A stretch of DNA of 35,421 bases. Source: an uncultured Bacilli bacterium. Lineage in GTDB: Bacteria; Bacillota_I; Bacilli_A; RF39; UBA660. Each line of letters starts with the position of its first letter. Positions within the stretch are counted from its first letter, which is position 1. Positions 1 through 8,802 of the stretch are shown here, one piece after another. The notes under the pieces are model-generated. The model had not been told where the DNA came from and made no database searches. It saw only the letters and a list, made by a program, of their open reading frames with translations. The position numbers and the translations under genes were made by a program. Location: positions 1 to 35,421 of the forward strand of contig CANRBD010000001.1 in assembly GCA_947628765.1 (NCBI GenBank), given 5' to 3'.

Positions 1-27
1 TGTTCCGTTAAGTTTAACTAATTTCAT
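1..27 (-). CDS. 5' end of an unidentified CDS running off the left edge (MKLVKLNGT...)
   Basis: ATG at 27..25 on the minus strand, preceded by GGAGAAAA (31-38). Only 9 codons are visible, so no product call is possible. Confidence 0.3.
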
Positions 28-93
28 ACATTTTCTCCTTTTTTAGCGTAATATGTTATCATACTTCCAATAATATTTCAAGAAATATGTAAT

Positions 94-118
94 TAAAAAA
101 AAAGAACTTATTAGTTCT
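94..118 (-). terminator. Rho-independent terminator of the phosphoketolase gene
   Basis: Stem AGAACT (103-108) / AGTTCT (113-118) with a 4-nt loop. On the minus strand it is followed by a 9-nt T run (A run at 94-102). It overlaps the stop codon at 111-113. Confidence 0.75.
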
Positions 119-2465
119 CTTTTATCCATTTCCAATTTTTTACTTCAGGCATATCTTCACCATATTCACGAATATAGGCATTATGCTTAATAATTTGATT
201 TTTCATTTTTTCCATTAAGTAAATTTCTTTACTGCCTTGAGTATTTAAATGTTTAATAACATCAATTACTAAATGATAACGGTCTATTTCATTTTGAACA
301 CGCATATCAAATGGTGTAGTTATAGTACCTTCTTCTAAATAACCATGAACGGAAATATTACGGTTATGTCTTAAATAAGTAAGTTCATGAATTAAAGTTG
401 GATAACCATGATAATTGAAAATAATTGGTTTATCTTTAGTAAATAATAAATCATAATCTTCATCACTTAAAGCATGCGGATGCTTAGTTGGTGACTCTAA
501 TTTCATTAAATCGACGATATTAATACATCTTATTTTTATATTAGGAAGTTCCTTATGCAAAATAGAAATTGCCGCAATAGTTTCTAAAGTTGGTGTATCA
601 CCACAGCAAGCCATAACGATATCTGGATCATTATCTTTATCATTACTGGCAAAGTTCCAAATACCAATACCTTTAGTACAATGTTCTATCGCTTCTTCCA
701 TTGATAACCACTGATAGCTTGGATGTTTGGAAGCTACAATGACATTTACATAATTACGGCTTTTAATACAGTGGTCAAAACATGAAAGTAAACAGTTAGC
801 ATCTGGGGGCAAGTACATTCTCACGACATCGGCTTTTTTATTAGCAATATGGTCTAAAAAGCCAGGATCTTGGTGAGTAAAACCATTGTGATCTTGCTGC
901 CAAACATTCGAAGTTAAAAGTAAATTAAGGGAAGCAATACTTCTTCGCCATGATATTTGATTACATACTTTAAGCCATTTAGCGTGCTGGGAAACCATAG
1001 AATCTACTACTCTAATAAAGGCTTCATAACTAGTAAAGAAACCATGTCTACCAGTTAATAAATAACCTTCAAGCCAGCCTTCACACATATGCTCGGAAAG
1101 ATAAGAATCCATAATTCTACCATCATTACTTAAATCTTCATCACCATCTAAGATTGTAGACTGCCAATCACGGTTTGAAGCTTCAAACATTTTATAAAGT
1201 CTGTTTGATTTAGCTTCATCAGGACTAAATGTTCTAAAATTAGTAGGATTTAATTTGATAATATCTCTAACATAAGCACTTAACTGTTCCATATCTTGAA
1301 CTTTAACTGCACCTGGCTGATTTACATCTACTTGATAATTTTTAAAATCTGGTAAAATTAAATCTTTAAGCAATAATCCGCCATTTACATAAGGCGAAGA
1401 GCCCATACGTTTACTGCCTTTAGGAATAAATTTTTTAATATCATCTTTTAAAGAACCATCGTTATTAAAAAGTTCTTCTGGATGATAGCTTTTAAGCCAT
1501 GCTTCTAATAATTTTAAATGTTCGGCTTTTTCCATAGATATTGGTACTTGATGAGCTCTAAAAGTACCTTCGACCTTTTTTCCATCGACTATTTTCGGAC
1601 AAGTCCAACCTTTAGGCGTACGTAAAATAATCATCGGCCATAAAACTTTTTCTATTTTTTCGCCTTTTCTTACTTTAGTTTGAATATTTTTAATTTCGGC
1701 AATAACCGCATCCATCGTATGCGCCATTAATTTATGCATAATCGCTGGATCACTACCTTCAACTAGATATGGTTTATAACCCAAAGCATAAAAATAACTA
1801 CCTAATTCATTATTCGTCATTCTTGAAAAAACCGTAGGATTACTAATCTTGTAACCGTTTAAATTTAAAATTGGCAAAACCGCGCCATCAGTTTTAGGAT
1901 TTAAAAATTTGTTAGAATTCCACGAAGTAGAAAGTGGACCTGTTTCCGCTTCACCATCGCCAATAACACAAGCAGCAATTAAATTGGGATTATCAAATAC
2001 CGCTCCAAAAGCATGGGCTAAAGAATAACCAAGTTCCCCACCCTCATGGATACTGCCAGGAGTTTCGGCAGCCGCATGGCTAGACACCCCACCAGGAAAT
2101 GAAAATTGTTTAAATAATTTTTTTAAGCCATTAATATTAGTACTGACATTAGGATAAAATTCACTATAAGTGCCTTCTAAATAGGTATTAGCTAATAAAA
2201 AATTGCCACCATGTCCAGGACCACTTATATAAATCATATCTAAATCGTATTCTTTAATTACTCGGTTTAAGTGTGTATAAATAAAATTTTGAGCTGGAAC
2301 CGTGCCCCAGTGACCAACAATTTTTTTCTTTAGATGTTTTTTAGATAATGGTTCAGTTAATAGTGGATTATCTAACAAATATAGCTGACAAGCTGATATA
2401 TAATTAGCCGCTCTAAAATATTTATCTAAAATAACAATGTCTTCACTTGTGATATCACGTGCCAT
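111..2465 (-). CDS. xfp: Xylulose-5-phosphate/fructose-6-phosphate phosphoketolase (TPP-dependent)
   Basis: 784-aa ORF. Characteristic N-terminus ([18 protein letters not shown]) and TPP-binding region ([16 protein letters not shown]...[12 protein letters not shown]), with full phosphoketolase length. RBS AGAGGGGA lies upstream of the ATG at 2465. Confidence 0.93.
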   Translation of the reverse strand: MARDITSEDIVILDKYFRAANYISACQLYLLDNPLLTEPLSKKHLKKKIVGHWGTVPAQNFIYTHLNRVIKEYDLDMIYISGPGHGGNFLLANTYLEGTYSEFYPNVSTNINGLKKLFKQFSFPGGVSSHAAAETPGSIHEGGELGYSLAHAFGAVFDNPNLIAACVIGDGEAETGPLSTSWNSNKFLNPKTDGAVLPILNLNGYKISNPTVFSRMTNNELGSYFYALGYKPYLVEGSDPAIMHKLMAHTMDAVIAEIKNIQTKVRKGEKIEKVLWPMIILRTPKGWTCPKIVDGKKVEGTFRAHQVPISMEKAEHLKLLEAWLKSYHPEELFNNDGSLKDDIKKFIPKGSKRMGSSPYVNGGLLLKDLILPDFKNYQVDVNQPGAVKVQDMEQLSAYVRDIIKLNPTNFRTFSPDEAKSNRLYKMFEASNRDWQSTILDGDEDLSNDGRIMDSYLSEHMCEGWLEGYLLTGRHGFFTSYEAFIRVVDSMVSQHAKWLKVCNQISWRRSIASLNLLLTSNVWQQDHNGFTHQDPGFLDHIANKKADVVRMYLPPDANCLLSCFDHCIKSRNYVNVIVASKHPSYQWLSMEEAIEHCTKGIGIWNFASNDKDNDPDIVMACCGDTPTLETIAAISILHKELPNIKIRCINIVDLMKLESPTKHPHALSDEDYDLLFTKDKPIIFNYHGYPTLIHELTYLRHNRNISVHGYLEEGTITTPFDMRVQNEIDRYHLVIDVIKHLNTQGSKEIYLMEKMKNQIIKHNAYIREYGEDMPEVKNWKWIKEN

Positions 2466-2489
2466 TTTTATCCCCTCTATTCTAAAATA

Positions 2490-2518
2490 ATTATATCAAA
2501 ATAATATTTAAAGCACAA
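2490..2518 (-). promoter_or_regulatory. Putative sigmaA promoter of xfp
   Basis: On the minus strand: TTGTGC (2518-2513), 17-nt spacer, extended -10 TGaTATAAT (2498-2490). Confidence 0.4.
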
Positions 2519-2550
2519 TAAAATATGACTTTTTTTATTTAATTGACAGA

Positions 2551-2574
2551 ATAAAACCATAGCATCAGCTATGG
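2551..2574 (-). terminator. Rho-independent terminator after the 83-aa ORF
   Basis: Stem CCATAGC (2557-2563) / GCTATGG (2568-2574) with loop ATCA. TTTTAT follows on the minus strand. Confidence 0.6.
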
Positions 2575-2580
2575 CTTTAA

Positions 2581-2832
2581 TTATCGTCGTAATTTTTTAA
2601 CGCCGGCATAAGTTGCAGCTCCACTAACTGCCAAGAAAGTAAGCAAAGCAGTAGCTTTAAAATCATTACATTTTTCCGTATACTCAGTAGTTACTACCTC
2701 TTCGGTGTTTTCCGTTTCTATGGCTTCAGCTATGCCACTAGGCATAAATATAGCTGTAGTTAATGCTAACGCACCAACAGTTTTCATAAGTTTAAATTTT
2801 TTATCATCGATATTTTTAATAAATAATTTCAT
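2581..2832 (-). CDS. Small exported, C-terminally anchored protein (hypothetical)
   Basis: 83 aa. Signal-peptide-like MKTVGALALTTAIFMPSGIAEA, a short acidic segment (IETENTEEVVTTEYTEKC), then a C-terminal hydrophobic helix plus basic tail (KKLRR). Own promoter TTGACA-18 nt-TAAAAT and RBS GGGGAG lie in 2833-2900. Confidence 0.55.
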   Translation of the reverse strand: MKLFIKNIDDKKFKLMKTVGALALTTAIFMPSGIAEAIETENTEEVVTTEYTEKCNDFKATALLTFLAVSGAATYAGVKKLRR

Positions 2833-2900
2833 TTATACTCTCCCCTAACACGGAAGTATTTTATCACAATAATTAAACTTATGTCAACTTGATTATTTAT

Positions 2901-3911
2901 CTATAAACTTTTTAAATAATCTAAAGCTTCTTTAAAAGTTTCAACCGGTATAATGTCGATATCATAATCTTTTTCATTTTTAAGGTCTCTAGCTTCGACA
3001 TAATTTTCACCTTGCGGAACTAAAAATACATCAGCCTTTTCTTTAACGGCCCCCATTAATTTATATTTAACACCGCTAATTTCACCAACCGTGCCATCTC
3101 TTTCAATGGTGCCTGTACCAACAATTTTTTTACCACTTGTTAAATCAATTTTATTTAAATAACTATAAATGGTTAATGTAAGCATTAATCCGCCAGAAGA
3201 CCCTGATTCCGTACTATCAAATTTTAAATCGACATGATTGTCAGATTTTATCTTAACATCTTCAGTAATAAGGACACCTATTTTAGCTTCGCCATTTATA
3301 TTTAAAAGGGTCGCATTAACATTTTTTTCTTTTTTGTCTCGTAAAACTGTAAATGATATTTTGTCATTTGGTTTTTTATCTTTAATCACATCATATAAAT
3401 CCTGCTTTTGAGCAACTTTTTCATTATTAACTTTAATAATTTGATCCCCAACTTTAAGATTAGTTTTAGCTAAATCATCGACATAAGTCACAAAAACTTT
3501 GTTATCTAAAATTTTATAATCGATATCAGAATTATCATAAGCTACTAAAACGGCATTATCATTACCCTCTTCTAATAACATTTGATTACGGTACATCTCA
3601 TCTTCAATCGACTCGCTGCCAACTGTTACTTCTTCTTCTTTTTCAATATCCCAGTTTGGATTTAAAAAGCCATAAATTAAAAGTGGCACCGTGCCTTGAA
3701 TCTCAGACACATAAGCCATGTTAAGGGAACCAGTCATTTTAAAATTACCAGCTACTGTTACTTTTTCACTTGTATTTATAATGCCACCAGGAGCCGAAAT
3801 ATAATAAGGAAGTCTAATCGTAAGTAATATAATAGCAATTATAAATATCAATAAAACTTTATAGTTTTCTTTAATGTAATCTTTAACTTTTTCATATACT
3901 TTATTAATCAT
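2901..3911 (-). CDS. ylbL: YlbL/SepM-family membrane-anchored serine protease (PDZ + Lon-like S16 domain)
   Basis: 336 aa with an N-terminal TM helix. It has a PDZ-like segment (LKVGDQIIKVNNEKV) and a C-terminal Lon protease-like domain with a Ser-rich catalytic context (ESGSSGGLMLTLTIYS). RBS GAAAGGA. Confidence 0.85.
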   Translation of the reverse strand: MINKVYEKVKDYIKENYKVLLIFIIAIILLTIRLPYYISAPGGIINTSEKVTVAGNFKMTGSLNMAYVSEIQGTVPLLIYGFLNPNWDIEKEEEVTVGSESIEDEMYRNQMLLEEGNDNAVLVAYDNSDIDYKILDNKVFVTYVDDLAKTNLKVGDQIIKVNNEKVAQKQDLYDVIKDKKPNDKISFTVLRDKKEKNVNATLLNINGEAKIGVLITEDVKIKSDNHVDLKFDSTESGSSGGLMLTLTIYSYLNKIDLTSGKKIVGTGTIERDGTVGEISGVKYKLMGAVKEKADVFLVPQGENYVEARDLKNEKDYDIDIIPVETFKEALDYLKSL

Positions 3912-3956
3912 ACTTTGGTCCTTTCTATTAACAGGATATACAAAAAGGGGAAACTT

Positions 3957-4937
3957 ATGAAAAAAGGATTAAGCTTTGGGATTATCATTTTACTTCTTTT
4001 TATATGTAAAGAAATATTAACAGAATCTAAAAGTATTATGGATGCCGTTTCTTTTTCCTTATCTATTTTTAAAAAGAACATTTTCCCTTCTCTGTTTCCT
4101 TTTTTTGTTCTATCAGAAATCATGGTCAAATGTGGAATGACCGAATTTATTGGTAATTTATTAAAACCGATGATGAATAAATTATTTAAAATTAAAAGTT
4201 CGGCCGCGTTTGTTCTAGTGATGAGCCTTATATCTGGTAACCCCGCTAATGCCAAATACACAAGGGAGCTTTATTTAAATCATGACTTAAATGAAAATGA
4301 AGCCACCAAAATTCTCTCTTTTTCTTGTTTTGCCAATCCCCTATTTATTTTAGGAACAGTATCCTTGCTTTTTTTAAATAATAAAGAAGTTGGCGTTTTA
4401 ATTTTATTATGCCATTACATTGGCAATATTATTATCGGTCTTTTACTTCGAAATTATTATCCAAGTGCGAAAGAAACTAGTCATATTAGTCTAAAAGAGG
4501 CTATTTATGAGGCTCATAAAAAAAGAATTAGTAATAAGGAAGATTTAGGTAAAATTATCACTAACTCACTTATTAATAGCATTAATACCCTTTTACTTAT
4601 CTTAGGAGTTATGACTATGTGTCTTATTCTCACTACCATTATTGACAATAATATCAATTTAAATAGTGTCCTTCAAAGTTTATTAAATGGGTCTATCGAA
4701 ATGACCCAAGGATTAAAATACATCAGTTTAGAAGCTATTCCTTTAAAATTAAAATGCATTTTATCAGTAATGATTTTATCTTTTGGTGGAATAAGTGTTC
4801 ATTTACAAATTACTAGTATTTTAAGTGATACTAAAATTAAATATTTACCTTTTTTATTGTCGCGTATTTTACACAGTATTATTTCAGGTATTTTAATGTT
4901 TTTATGTTTTGATTTGTGGATTGATTTTTTTAACTAA
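3957..4937 (+). CDS. ylbJ: Sporulation integral membrane protein YlbJ (nucleoside-recognition/Gate domain)
   Basis: Polytopic membrane protein with the YlbJ-type pattern FPSLFPFFVLSEIM...AAFVLVMSLISGNPANAK...ANPLFILGTV. Start moved to the ATG at 3957 (MKKGLSF), which follows AAAAAGGGG. The track start at 3915 has no RBS. Confidence 0.82.
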   Translation: MKKGLSFGIIILLLFICKEILTESKSIMDAVSFSLSIFKKNIFPSLFPFFVLSEIMVKCGMTEFIGNLLKPMMNKLFKIKSSAAFVLVMSLISGNPANAKYTRELYLNHDLNENEATKILSFSCFANPLFILGTVSLLFLNNKEVGVLILLCHYIGNIIIGLLLRNYYPSAKETSHISLKEAIYEAHKKRISNKEDLGKIITNSLINSINTLLLILGVMTMCLILTTIIDNNINLNSVLQSLLNGSIEMTQGLKYISLEAIPLKLKCILSVMILSFGGISVHLQITSILSDTKIKYLPFLLSRILHSIISGILMFLCFDLWIDFFN

Positions 4938-5328
4938 CCGGTCTATAGTAAACAAAATTAAAATCCATATCTTGATCTAGTTCAGGATTAGCAATCTTGA
5001 AATTAACACTGTAAACGCCGTCACTATAACTACGGCTAAAATTCGATAATGTCGTGTTCGTCGGATATTCAATTACACGGCCCGAAGCCGTTACTTTAGT
5101 ACCACTTACCGTGACACTTATACTAGATGGATTATTAGTACTTTCTAATTTTTGATTAAGCGCTGTAGCTAAAATGGCATTTTTATTGACAATTTCAGTT
5201 CGTACGGCTTCATTAATATAAACATTTCTTAACTCTAATACAATTTCAAAAAGGAACACAACAATAATCATGACTAAAACAAAGGAAGATAAGAGTTCCA
5301 CTACTGTAAAACCTTTATTATTTTTCAT
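4930..5328 (-). CDS. Prepilin-type (type IV pilin/pseudopilin-like) protein
   Basis: 132 aa. N-terminus MKNNKG|FTVVELLSSFVLVMIIVVFLF is a class III signal (Gly-1, Phe+1, Glu+5) followed by a hydrophobic helix. RBS AAGGAGC. The stop overlaps the ylbJ stop by 8 nt (convergent). Confidence 0.75.
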   Translation of the reverse strand: MKNNKGFTVVELLSSFVLVMIIVVFLFEIVLELRNVYINEAVRTEIVNKNAILATALNQKLESTNNPSSISVTVSGTKVTASGRVIEYPTNTTLSNFSRSYSDGVYSVNFKIANPELDQDMDFNFVYYRPVS

Positions 5329-5342
5329 GTTAAAGCTCCTTT

Positions 5343-5825
5343 CTATTTATTATTAACACCATAAGTAATTGAAGCAAATGTCCCGTTTTCAAATTCCGCA
5401 ATTAGTCTATCTTGATAATCAATATTATCTAATCGTCTAATCATATTACGCATATCTTGTGATAGATTACTATCTGGATTATTTTTTATATAATTTTTTA
5501 ATGTGGCCAAATTGGAATTAGTTAAAATAATTTTTTTGAGATGACTAGCAGTTTTTATTCTATTACAAGCACTATTACCTGTATTAGTAACATCACGATA
5601 AGGCACCGCATCAGAAGTTTTAACTTTTAGGCCCATCGTTTGAATACATGTTTTATAAGCACCTAAGTCATATACACCCTCAACAGTATTATAATTATAA
5701 CTGTCATTATAATTAACTAGTAAATTTTTAAATTGTAAAAATAGAGCTACTAAAACTGTTACCGTAAATGTGGCTACTACAATCGTTTCAACTAATAAAA
5801 AACCCTTATTATTCATTTTTTTCAT
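5343..5825 (-). CDS. Prepilin-type (type IV pilin/pseudopilin-like) protein
   Basis: 160 aa. N-terminus MKKMNNKG|FLLVETIVVATFTVTVLVALFL is a class III signal followed by a hydrophobic helix. Two Cys in the globular part. RBS AAGGAG lies 7 nt upstream. Confidence 0.75.
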   Translation of the reverse strand: MKKMNNKGFLLVETIVVATFTVTVLVALFLQFKNLLVNYNDSYNYNTVEGVYDLGAYKTCIQTMGLKVKTSDAVPYRDVTNTGNSACNRIKTASHLKKIILTNSNLATLKNYIKNNPDSNLSQDMRNMIRRLDNIDYQDRLIAEFENGTFASITYGVNNK

Positions 5826-5939
5826 TTTTATGCTCCTTTTAAATTGTAATTATTTCAAATATATTATATAATATATTTAGGATAAAAGCTAGTCTTTAAA
5901 TAGACTTTAATAAAAGAATAAACCAAGGGAGCGAAAAAT

Positions 5940-7565
5940 ATGTTAAAGCAAATTAATTTTCAAAACACCCCAATTGTTGATATTGTAAATGATATTTTAG
6001 CTGATGCCACCAAAAGAGGGGCTTCAGATATTCATTTCGATCCTTATGAAAATCATCTTTTAATTCGCATTCGTATTGATGGTGATTTAATTGATTATGC
6101 TGATGTTCCTAATACTTATAAAGATTATTTAATTACTCGTATTAAAACTATTTCAAAAATGAATATTACTGAATCGCGCCGTCCTCAAGATGGTGCCATT
6201 AAAGGTATTGTTCAAGGTAAAGAATTGGATTTGCGTGTGTCAGCCCTACCTGTTAGTAATGGTGAAAAAATCGTTATCCGTATTCTGGATTATTCTATGA
6301 GTTTAGAAGGTGTCGAACAATTAGGATTCAGCAAAGAAAATTATCAAAAACTTTTAGAAATGATTTCTGTACCTAATGGAATTATTTTAGTAACTGGTGC
6401 GACTGGTACCGGTAAATCTACTACTGTTTATTCAATTTTACAGCGTTTAAACACATCAAAAACTAACATTATTACAGTCGAAGACCCAATCGAAATGGAT
6501 ATAGCCGGAATTAACCAAGTTCAAGTTAATAGCCAAATTGGTCTTACCTTTGCTTCGGCTTTACGTTCTATTTTACGTCAAGACCCAAATATCATTATGA
6601 TTGGAGAGATTCGTGATAATGAAACCGCACAGATTGCAATTCGTGCCTCAATTACTGGACATTTAGTATTATCAACTGTCCACACAAACAATTCATTAAA
6701 TACTATTGAACGTCTTATCGATATGGAAGTTCCTAAATATTTATTAGCTTCAGCTTTAGAAGGAATTATCTCACAAAAATTAGCTCGCCAATTATGTCCA
6801 CATTGCCGAGTTAAAAGACCTACTACTGAATATGAAAAAGCTATTTTTAGAGCCTCTTTAAACAAAGAAGTTGATGAAATTTGGGATGCCAAAGGCTGTG
6901 AACATTGTCATAGTGGCTATTTAGGACGTATTGCAATTCAAGAAGTATTGCTTATTAATCAACAAATTCGTGATGCTTTAAGTGAAAATGTTCCTAAAGA
7001 GCAGTTAAGAGAAATGGTATATGGCTCAGGAGTTATTTCATTACTTCAAGATGGTTTAAATAAAGTAGTTGAAGGTTTAACTACCCTAGGAGAAATTATT
7101 AGATTAATCGCCTTAGATGATGACGACAAATTAGGAAACAATATCTTCTTAAAACGTGCTCTCGAAAATACTAAACTAGCACTTGTAGAAGAAGTTAATA
7201 ACGCCCAAGCCGTTAATAATGCACCTATAAATCAAGCACCAGCTCCAGCACCTACTTTACAAACTGTTGAAGCACCAACGATGCCAGAAGTAGCTACGAA
7301 TACTCCTCTAAATCAAACACCGGCGCCAGCACCTACTTTACAAACTACTGAAGCGCCAATTATGCCAGAAGTAGCAACTAATTCTATAAATCAAACGACT
7401 AATTTGGCAGGTGGTGAAATAAGTCAAGAAACCGTTACAACTAATGAACCTAATATTCCAAATATTACAATTCAAGATAGTTCTGCCCCTATAGAGCCAG
7501 CAAGACCAGTAAATCCTTATGCCAACAGTCAATATATGCCTAATCAATATCCACCAAATCTTTAG
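5940..7565 (+). CDS. Type II/IV secretion-system ATPase (GspE/PilB/ComGA family) with a long low-complexity C-terminal extension
   Basis: Walker A GATGTGKST, Walker B/Asp box IIMIGEIRD, His box TGHLVLSTVHTN, tetracysteine CPHC...CEHC. The core spans about aa 1-395, followed by a ~150-aa Pro/Gln/Thr/Asn-rich tail. RBS AAGGGAG. Confidence 0.9.
   Translation: MLKQINFQNTPIVDIVNDILADATKRGASDIHFDPYENHLLIRIRIDGDLIDYADVPNTYKDYLITRIKTISKMNITESRRPQDGAIKGIVQGKELDLRVSALPVSNGEKIVIRILDYSMSLEGVEQLGFSKENYQKLLEMISVPNGIILVTGATGTGKSTTVYSILQRLNTSKTNIITVEDPIEMDIAGINQVQVNSQIGLTFASALRSILRQDPNIIMIGEIRDNETAQIAIRASITGHLVLSTVHTNNSLNTIERLIDMEVPKYLLASALEGIISQKLARQLCPHCRVKRPTTEYEKAIFRASLNKEVDEIWDAKGCEHCHSGYLGRIAIQEVLLINQQIRDALSENVPKEQLREMVYGSGVISLLQDGLNKVVEGLTTLGEIIRLIALDDDDKLGNNIFLKRALENTKLALVEEVNNAQAVNNAPINQAPAPAPTLQTVEAPTMPEVATNTPLNQTPAPAPTLQTTEAPIMPEVATNSINQTTNLAGGEISQETVTTNEPNIPNITIQDSSAPIEPARPVNPYANSQYMPNQYPPNL
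7224..7397. repeat. 81-nt tandem duplication (2 full units plus a partial third) inside the ATPase tail
   Basis: Unit 1 (7224-7304) encodes PINQAPAPAPTLQTVEAPTMPEVATNT. Unit 2 (7305-7385) encodes PLNQTPAPAPTLQTTEAPIMPEVATNS. A partial INQT follows. The copies differ by scattered substitutions. Confidence 0.9.
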
Positions 7566-7586
7566 CTTTGGCTAAAGATTTTTTTA
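7560..7586 (+). terminator. Rho-independent terminator of the ATPase gene
   Basis: Stem CTTTAGC (7560-7566) / GCTAAAG (7571-7577) with loop TTTG, followed by ATTTTTTT. It overlaps the TAG stop at 7563-7565. Confidence 0.7.
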
Positions 7587-7613
7587 TTAAAAAATCATCT
7601 TTTTTAGATGATT
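7586..7613 (-). terminator. Rho-independent terminator of the suf operon
   Basis: Stem AATCATCT (7593-7600) / AGATGATT (7606-7613). A T run follows on the minus strand. It overlaps the sufS stop codon. Confidence 0.65.
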
Positions 7614-8797
7614 TCATTTTTAATATTAGGATTTTTTAATACATTTATTAATTTATCAATCTCGTCTTTAGTATTATAAAAATATAAACTAATTCTACAA
7701 GTGTTTTTAATTTTAAGTTCATCTTTTAATATTTTCGCGCAATGGCTACCAGCTCTAGTACAAATATTATATTTGTCTAAATAAATAGATAAATCTTGCG
7801 GAAAAATACCATCATAATTAATTGTTACAATACCACTTTGACTATTTTCATTATATATTTTAATTTCTTTAATTTCTTTTAACCTTTGAACTAAATAATT
7901 TTTAAGCTCTAACTCATACTTATGAATATTATCAAAACCGATTTTTTGCAAATATTCAATAATATAACCAAAGCCAATAACTCCAGCAATATTTGGGGTT
8001 CCAGCTTCTAACATATCAGGCATTTCTTTATAAACACGATTACCATCATGGTCAAATTCAGCATTCATACCACCACCAAAAATAATTGGTTTTATATCTT
8101 GCAAGTAATCTTCTTTAATATAAATCACTCCCACCCCAGTAGGACCACACATTTTATGAGCTGAAAAAGCTAAAAAATCAACATCTAAATCTTTGACATC
8201 TATTTTCATATGGGGAACACTTTGAGCACCATCAGCTAAAACTAATATTCCATGTTCATGAGCATATTTAGTTATTTCTTTAAGTGGTCTAACATCGCCA
8301 ACGACATTACTTATATGCGCTAGCGAAATAACTTTAGTATTGGATGTAACGGCTTTTTTGACATTATCCATTGTTACTTGATGATTTTCATCTAATTCAA
8401 TATATTTGATTTTAATATCAATTTCATCACTTAACTCAAACCATGGCAAAATATTTGAAGCATGTTCACTTTTAGTAAGCAAAACCTCATCACCAGATTT
8501 TAAATGATGTTTAAAATATCCAAACACAATTTTATTTATTGAATCAGTAGTACCACTTGTAAAAGCAATTTGTTTAGGACTATCAGCATTTAAAAGTTTT
8601 TGAACTAATCCCCTCGTCTTTTCATATTCTTGACTCGCTTTCAAGCTAATACCATAATCACCACGATGGGCATTTGAACTATAATAATTATAATAATCAC
8701 TAATAGCTTCACCTAAAATTTTTGGTTTTAATGTAGTTGCCCCATTATCGAAATAGATAAGCCCTGTTTTTAATATCGTAAAATCCTCAATATTCAT
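7604..8797 (-). CDS. sufS: Cysteine desulfurase, SufS type (class V aminotransferase)
   Basis: PLP-lysine context FSAHKMCGPTGVG and catalytic Cys in TRAGSHCA. Start moved to the ATG at 8797 (MNIEDF), 6 nt after GGAGGTG. The track start at 8812 is a TTG inside that RBS. Confidence 0.88.
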   Translation of the reverse strand: MNIEDFTILKTGLIYFDNGATTLKPKILGEAISDYYNYYSSNAHRGDYGISLKASQEYEKTRGLVQKLLNADSPKQIAFTSGTTDSINKIVFGYFKHHLKSGDEVLLTKSEHASNILPWFELSDEIDIKIKYIELDENHQVTMDNVKKAVTSNTKVISLAHISNVVGDVRPLKEITKYAHEHGILVLADGAQSVPHMKIDVKDLDVDFLAFSAHKMCGPTGVGVIYIKEDYLQDIKPIIFGGGMNAEFDHDGNRVYKEMPDMLEAGTPNIAGVIGFGYIIEYLQKIGFDNIHKYELELKNYLVQRLKEIKEIKIYNENSQSGIVTINYDGIFPQDLSIYLDKYNICTRAGSHCAKILKDELKIKNTCRISLYFYNTKDEIDKLINVLKNPNIKNEII

Positions 8798-8802
8798 TTT
8801 GT

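Noticed and set aside
3908-4261. 117-aa minus-strand ORF from the track, overlapping the 5' part of ylbJ
   Set aside because: It lies entirely antisense to a well-supported YlbJ coding region. It has no RBS, and its sequence is low-complexity and hydrophobic, typical of shadow ORFs in AT-rich DNA.
5891-5906. Inverted repeat AGTCT-TTAAAT-AGACT in the divergent pilin/ATPase promoter region, considered as a competence (ComK-like) operator
   Set aside because: The arms are only 5 bp in extremely AT-rich DNA. It does not match the AAAA-N5-TTTT ComK box, and chance occurrence is likely.
6578-7547. Two minus-strand ORFs (6578-6892 and 7338-7547) antisense to the secretion ATPase
   Set aside because: Both are embedded in the ATPase CDS, whose conserved motifs fix the coding frame on the plus strand. 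They have no RBS and no recognisable motifs.
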